IMG/VR virus record: IMGVR_UViG_3300035670_000151
Span: 1-64,000 of that record
Origin: an uncultured virus (IMG/VR IMGVR_UViG_3300035670_000151)
Lineage: Duplodnaviria; Heunggongvirae; Uroviricota; Caudoviricetes
Length of the DNA stretch: 64,000 bases
Reading direction: 5' to 3' (one strand)
Part shown: positions 63,701 through 64,000 of the stretch, one piece after another
Numbering within the stretch: the stretch's first letter is position 1
Layout: each line of letters starts with the position of its first letter
Position numbers and translations under genes: made by a program
The notes under the pieces: model-generated
What the model was told of the DNA's origin: nothing
The model's input: only the letters and a program-made list of their open reading frames with translations
The model's database searches: none

Positions 63701-63732
63701 AAAGAGTAAGTATAACAACAACGGAGTGGTAA
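54772..63732 (+). CDS. giant tail tip/central fibre protein (gpI-gpJ-like with repeated CBM-like modules)
   Basis: PVVYGE…AGN, WTDNPAW…D, FN3-like region, Ala/Ser linkers alternating with globular domains, NLLKNG.FE domain. Confidence 0.93.
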   Translation: MKTEKFIKVGILYNAFDPSKVEHSEILYRKNTTLARYLHDLPKDCEWKIGLNGTPVTLEEHGKTRLKPTDTIQLVVVPRGGGAKNILRMVAMVALVVGAFFLFAPAAIGGLALLGGSALAVGIGMSVFTLAGGLLINALLAPKTPKIDNEESSSYGYDGAKNTAKEGVAIPVVYGEYRVAGNYVDLYTENVGDDQYLYGRTVLSDGLIDGVSAPYLNDQPITSYDAVTWGFTAGSATETVNPLFSRSISQVTKNAELTYANGYMTHTTTEEIDRFQVNLAFPKGIVHFTTKKGNKDWHESVVTVEYKLASASTWTQLNGGNTDPRWPSWAFNFTDKRAKVIRKTIESQTLTPGIYNIRVRKITQNLDEDHDMDQTIVTDIGEIVTGGTTLRHVANAYYKIKMNEQLSNVPNITWLVKGVKVNHYDINGNVTQKAWTDNPAWIVLDMLIGEERGTPGIYSIDFPAFVEWAQWCEDNSLKFNGVFDTTTTLWDACVDVLKIGHAAFSRVGTKLSLAIDKPQQPVMLFGPGNIFKDTFSISYIAMADRANEFEISYYDKEDLNTQKTIRVVDPEADQRGDVPRAVSYSVPGIDNFDQALQEVWYQLYNNRYLRRTVSFEAPVESIGLGIGDVALIQHDVVNWGVSGRLGAGSNELVIKLDRPVTMEDNKDYSILVIGNAASRGTYQVVGSSGNVVTLAGTNGKVLTLENCKRLVQGEVDRSIEAINVVGNSAYVTVGGDNDFVTGTNATVWDTDVIEERDVVYVEGTTDTITVATAFGAAPAQYSNFMFGDKEIVKKPYRLKALTGTGFDQRKLTFVEYNEAIYNPPETIVPYPATTEPKTVLHVRSLAFAHDQYGSYDNTSVDGVLSWQTGHIKNYGGADIYMSIGDAEFTFYQTIFNTNECQIKVSTDQEVAVKVISFNTDLTRASSGAAPTLSLEVDSKASVLDAPTALSVAQISYLATALVEVIWNGPDGLTTDEQTRIRYRVQVKPEGNTEWDEYGVTDQYYLRVGDLRVGTHEFRVRSEIGNSFSDWRTVNFTTFTTTETIQPGATNGSSPSEQALLEQLERDAEAAKDSIEELIETYGTTASAAQSAAEAEGFKVAAENAKTATEGLKSDAEIAAAAAEVSRQASEQAETDANLLKQAAEAAKTASEQARDNASGSANAANGSAQIASTKADEAGISATAAQASAVVASTAARALLPSTFTNADSWSSNWVGATGKITDDARFTLVNDTTFGNVLNVNNVPAFAPHIVPKGDIELVPDRIFEISVQWMLRSGQNGDNPVNGILWAVGIKPDGNANGTYNIPINITVGGVGWGTGYGFKLDKFDVPSNALLADGYTKIRPLIRIDNQGVFSLRTLSIRDVTAERAAKGFADASAESASTASIKATESGNSASSANTSRVNAETAAGNANAYQQQASQSAQDASGSAQTAGNQAGAAATSAYNAGQSANAASNSAQTASTKADEAGNSANAANSSKVAAESAFASAKGILVNSGPTSFRDLYSWTQDFSGGAGDLSGDARFSVRTTNGVTGLGVDNRPHFSPHIASKSLFTLSPGRRLRVNLKWLIVDASSGNPQVSLYLIGRRSNGTDWGISTAFTIQSGQNGWGEGSVYAHHSFECSADDFIAQGVYAARTLARIDVGGYYKLDSMFVEDITDVYNSWNNANASASSAQTASTKADEASQSANAASQSKTDAQTAMGQAQTFAGNASTSANNAAGHEGNAYTYSQNASQSANNANNSANAAAGSAQTASTKANEASVSANAAETSKVSASNIVRANYPSVFNDLNDWSWDWGTASGSLSSDSRFILDESSDGLGRKLGVSNVPHFTPHIVSKGYYPIVRDRRYKITSKLRLRGGQTGSSVSFALFFIGIKDGSFQSGDYWNNASQSFTVGEGQEGWGNGLNTSYIEVNSNTLWDNGVRWIRPLLRIDSQGYYWVTSLQLEDITSANTAKNYADAAAQSASTASIKADEAGNSASAANTSRTNAETAANNANTYRGQAETFRNEASVSASNASGSANTASQQAGLASGSAYNASQYANAASNSANTATTKANEASNSASAVNVSKIEASSYASGNLIGKANFTDGQKGNWSGAVTVQWDGGINAYVLQQTARDVLEGELKDGNWASRRFRMTGNAAAWNGVPARIGFQTKDVNGNINYPTILARPAGTGYGDFSGEFVLGNDVVQARPFLQSANDNGETTHGINWRWFRIEDITSEKNAESFANAASGWSNSASSEANRASGRADAANGYANSAESYRNDAYTHSQNASTYASQADGYRSAAQSASNLAATYSAGGGNMIGNSEFLSKDGWSAYANGAGFDQWEINYPLGDAWHPEGKNVLTIHQNNGDTGLYGQWFYGFMPVVGGQFYEFTAKVAAHRANAEVRIDWYDVDGNGISSTYSGQMATSSGGRQIGNYSHMVARGYAPANAAKALVVVLKMGTFSGQGDSWLWFCEPMFRKYYEAGQSPSTYAAGNGLDTTKTLTANVAQNAIAIADANTQLGSLRTTVQAGNPNLLKNGGFERGITGWVNGYGSWTAISNTWGPYAYIWVGATMTQDRYYYMDSAHMEVDPNTQYTYSCTYGVSGNNGNIRGYTEILWLNSSGQEVSRNGATSRNASFWFEQNRREVATVTSPSNAVKALVRVILYAPNGATVDQMAVRQQKFERGSVATPYSSEATVNTINEAIVTTDGKATTALARAAVKVDVNGLITGWETNNNGQTGNFKVFADNFSVEPSSSSGNRMAWSDGTLRIYAGDTMYVVGKGFGSSNQFLEWTGPAQTNLANCTEANAIKFVKTNGQAYYAGGIIAGTLKNSNAWSGLAATGSTTAGPFGSNGNDIAVNASYSMSCNGLLSFPATSTGLNNYNSAISNLQSNGYNISGSNQDGHYGGKSDNRTTDFTLSLVKGSTTVSTLNTCNGSITLEGQAPVPGDSQAGWIKRTYNYWASFTWNDTEKSTANRTFTVNMSRFNPPDTIASQRVSITTTEW

Positions 63733-64000
63733 TGAAAAAACTAGCACTAATAATGACCGTCTTATTGGCGGTCTTATTAGGAAGCTGCATGACGATGGGC
63801 GGTAGGACAGACTTCTACCAGCTAGAGCGCCAAGAATATGTTAAACAGGAAGTGGCCGTGTCATTTGTAGACTATCCTAATCAGAAAGAATTCGATCAGG
63901 CTTTAAAAAAATATGACGTTCAGGAGAATCCCTCTAGAAAAGTTATGTCATTTGCGGTATTAAAGCCTAAAGAGAATAAGTGTGAGATACACACTATCGA
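63732..64000 (+). CDS. lipoprotein-like protein, truncated by the window end
   Basis: MKKLALIMTVLLAVLLGSC; TAATG overlap. Confidence 0.65.
   Translation, partial: MKKLALIMTVLLAVLLGSCMTMGGRTDFYQLERQEYVKQEVAVSFVDYPNQKEFDQALKKYDVQENPSRKVMSFAVLKPKENKCEIHTI

Noticed and set aside
54772..63732. Diversity-generating retroelement or intein in the tail tip
   Set aside because: No reverse transcriptase, TR/VR pair or intein motifs; the repeats are diverged protein modules.
1..64000. Genome-wide TAG recoding, suggested by abundant CTAG and a CUA-containing tRNA loop
   Set aside because: Long genes are intact in the standard code and TAG ends several well-packed genes; CTAG comes from CTA-G codon pairs.

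Overview
A 64-kb segment of a large, apparently lytic siphovirus (Caudoviricetes). The host is probably an alphaproteobacterium, inferred from GANTC/YGAKTCG-containing sigma70 promoters, a parS site and GC-rich early genes. Layout: (i) 1-8.8 kb, + strand: small genes including two deaminases, an NTN protease and an HNH-AP2. (ii) About 8.8-16.7 kb: a probable early or terminal-repeat region with strong host-type promoters, a perfect chromosomal parS, a sigma54 promoter, dispersed repeats, candidate small RNAs, DUF2786 and DUF932. (iii) 16.7-37.4 kb, - strand: a translation/RNA island with about 20 readable tRNAs, several aberrant tRNA-like RNAs, an ~820-nt GOLLD-like RNA with an embedded tRNA-Lys and further structured ncRNAs. 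It also carries vWA-TerB-TerC, a Pth2-like hydrolase behind an amber-interrupted leader peptide, an HD (p)ppGpp hydrolase, an MT-A70 methyltransferase, a GH19 endolysin, a dNMP kinase and an SF2 helicase. (iv) 37.4-64 kb, + strand: ParB-like, wHTH, polysaccharide deacetylase, terminase, portal, scaffold, capsid, connector and tail genes, with a -1 frameshifted chaperone, tape measure and a 2986-aa modular tail tip. The most promising undescribed elements are a putative stop-codon-readthrough sensor leader (ATG CAC TAG CTG CCC CAT CGT CCT CCT TAA) controlling the Pth2-like operon, with an 8-nt-anticodon-loop tRNA nearby; a GOLLD-linked array of CCA-ended tRNA mimics; and apparent use of host cell-cycle machinery (parS, GcrA/CcrM motifs). 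All family calls come from motif recognition by eye; no database searches were run.
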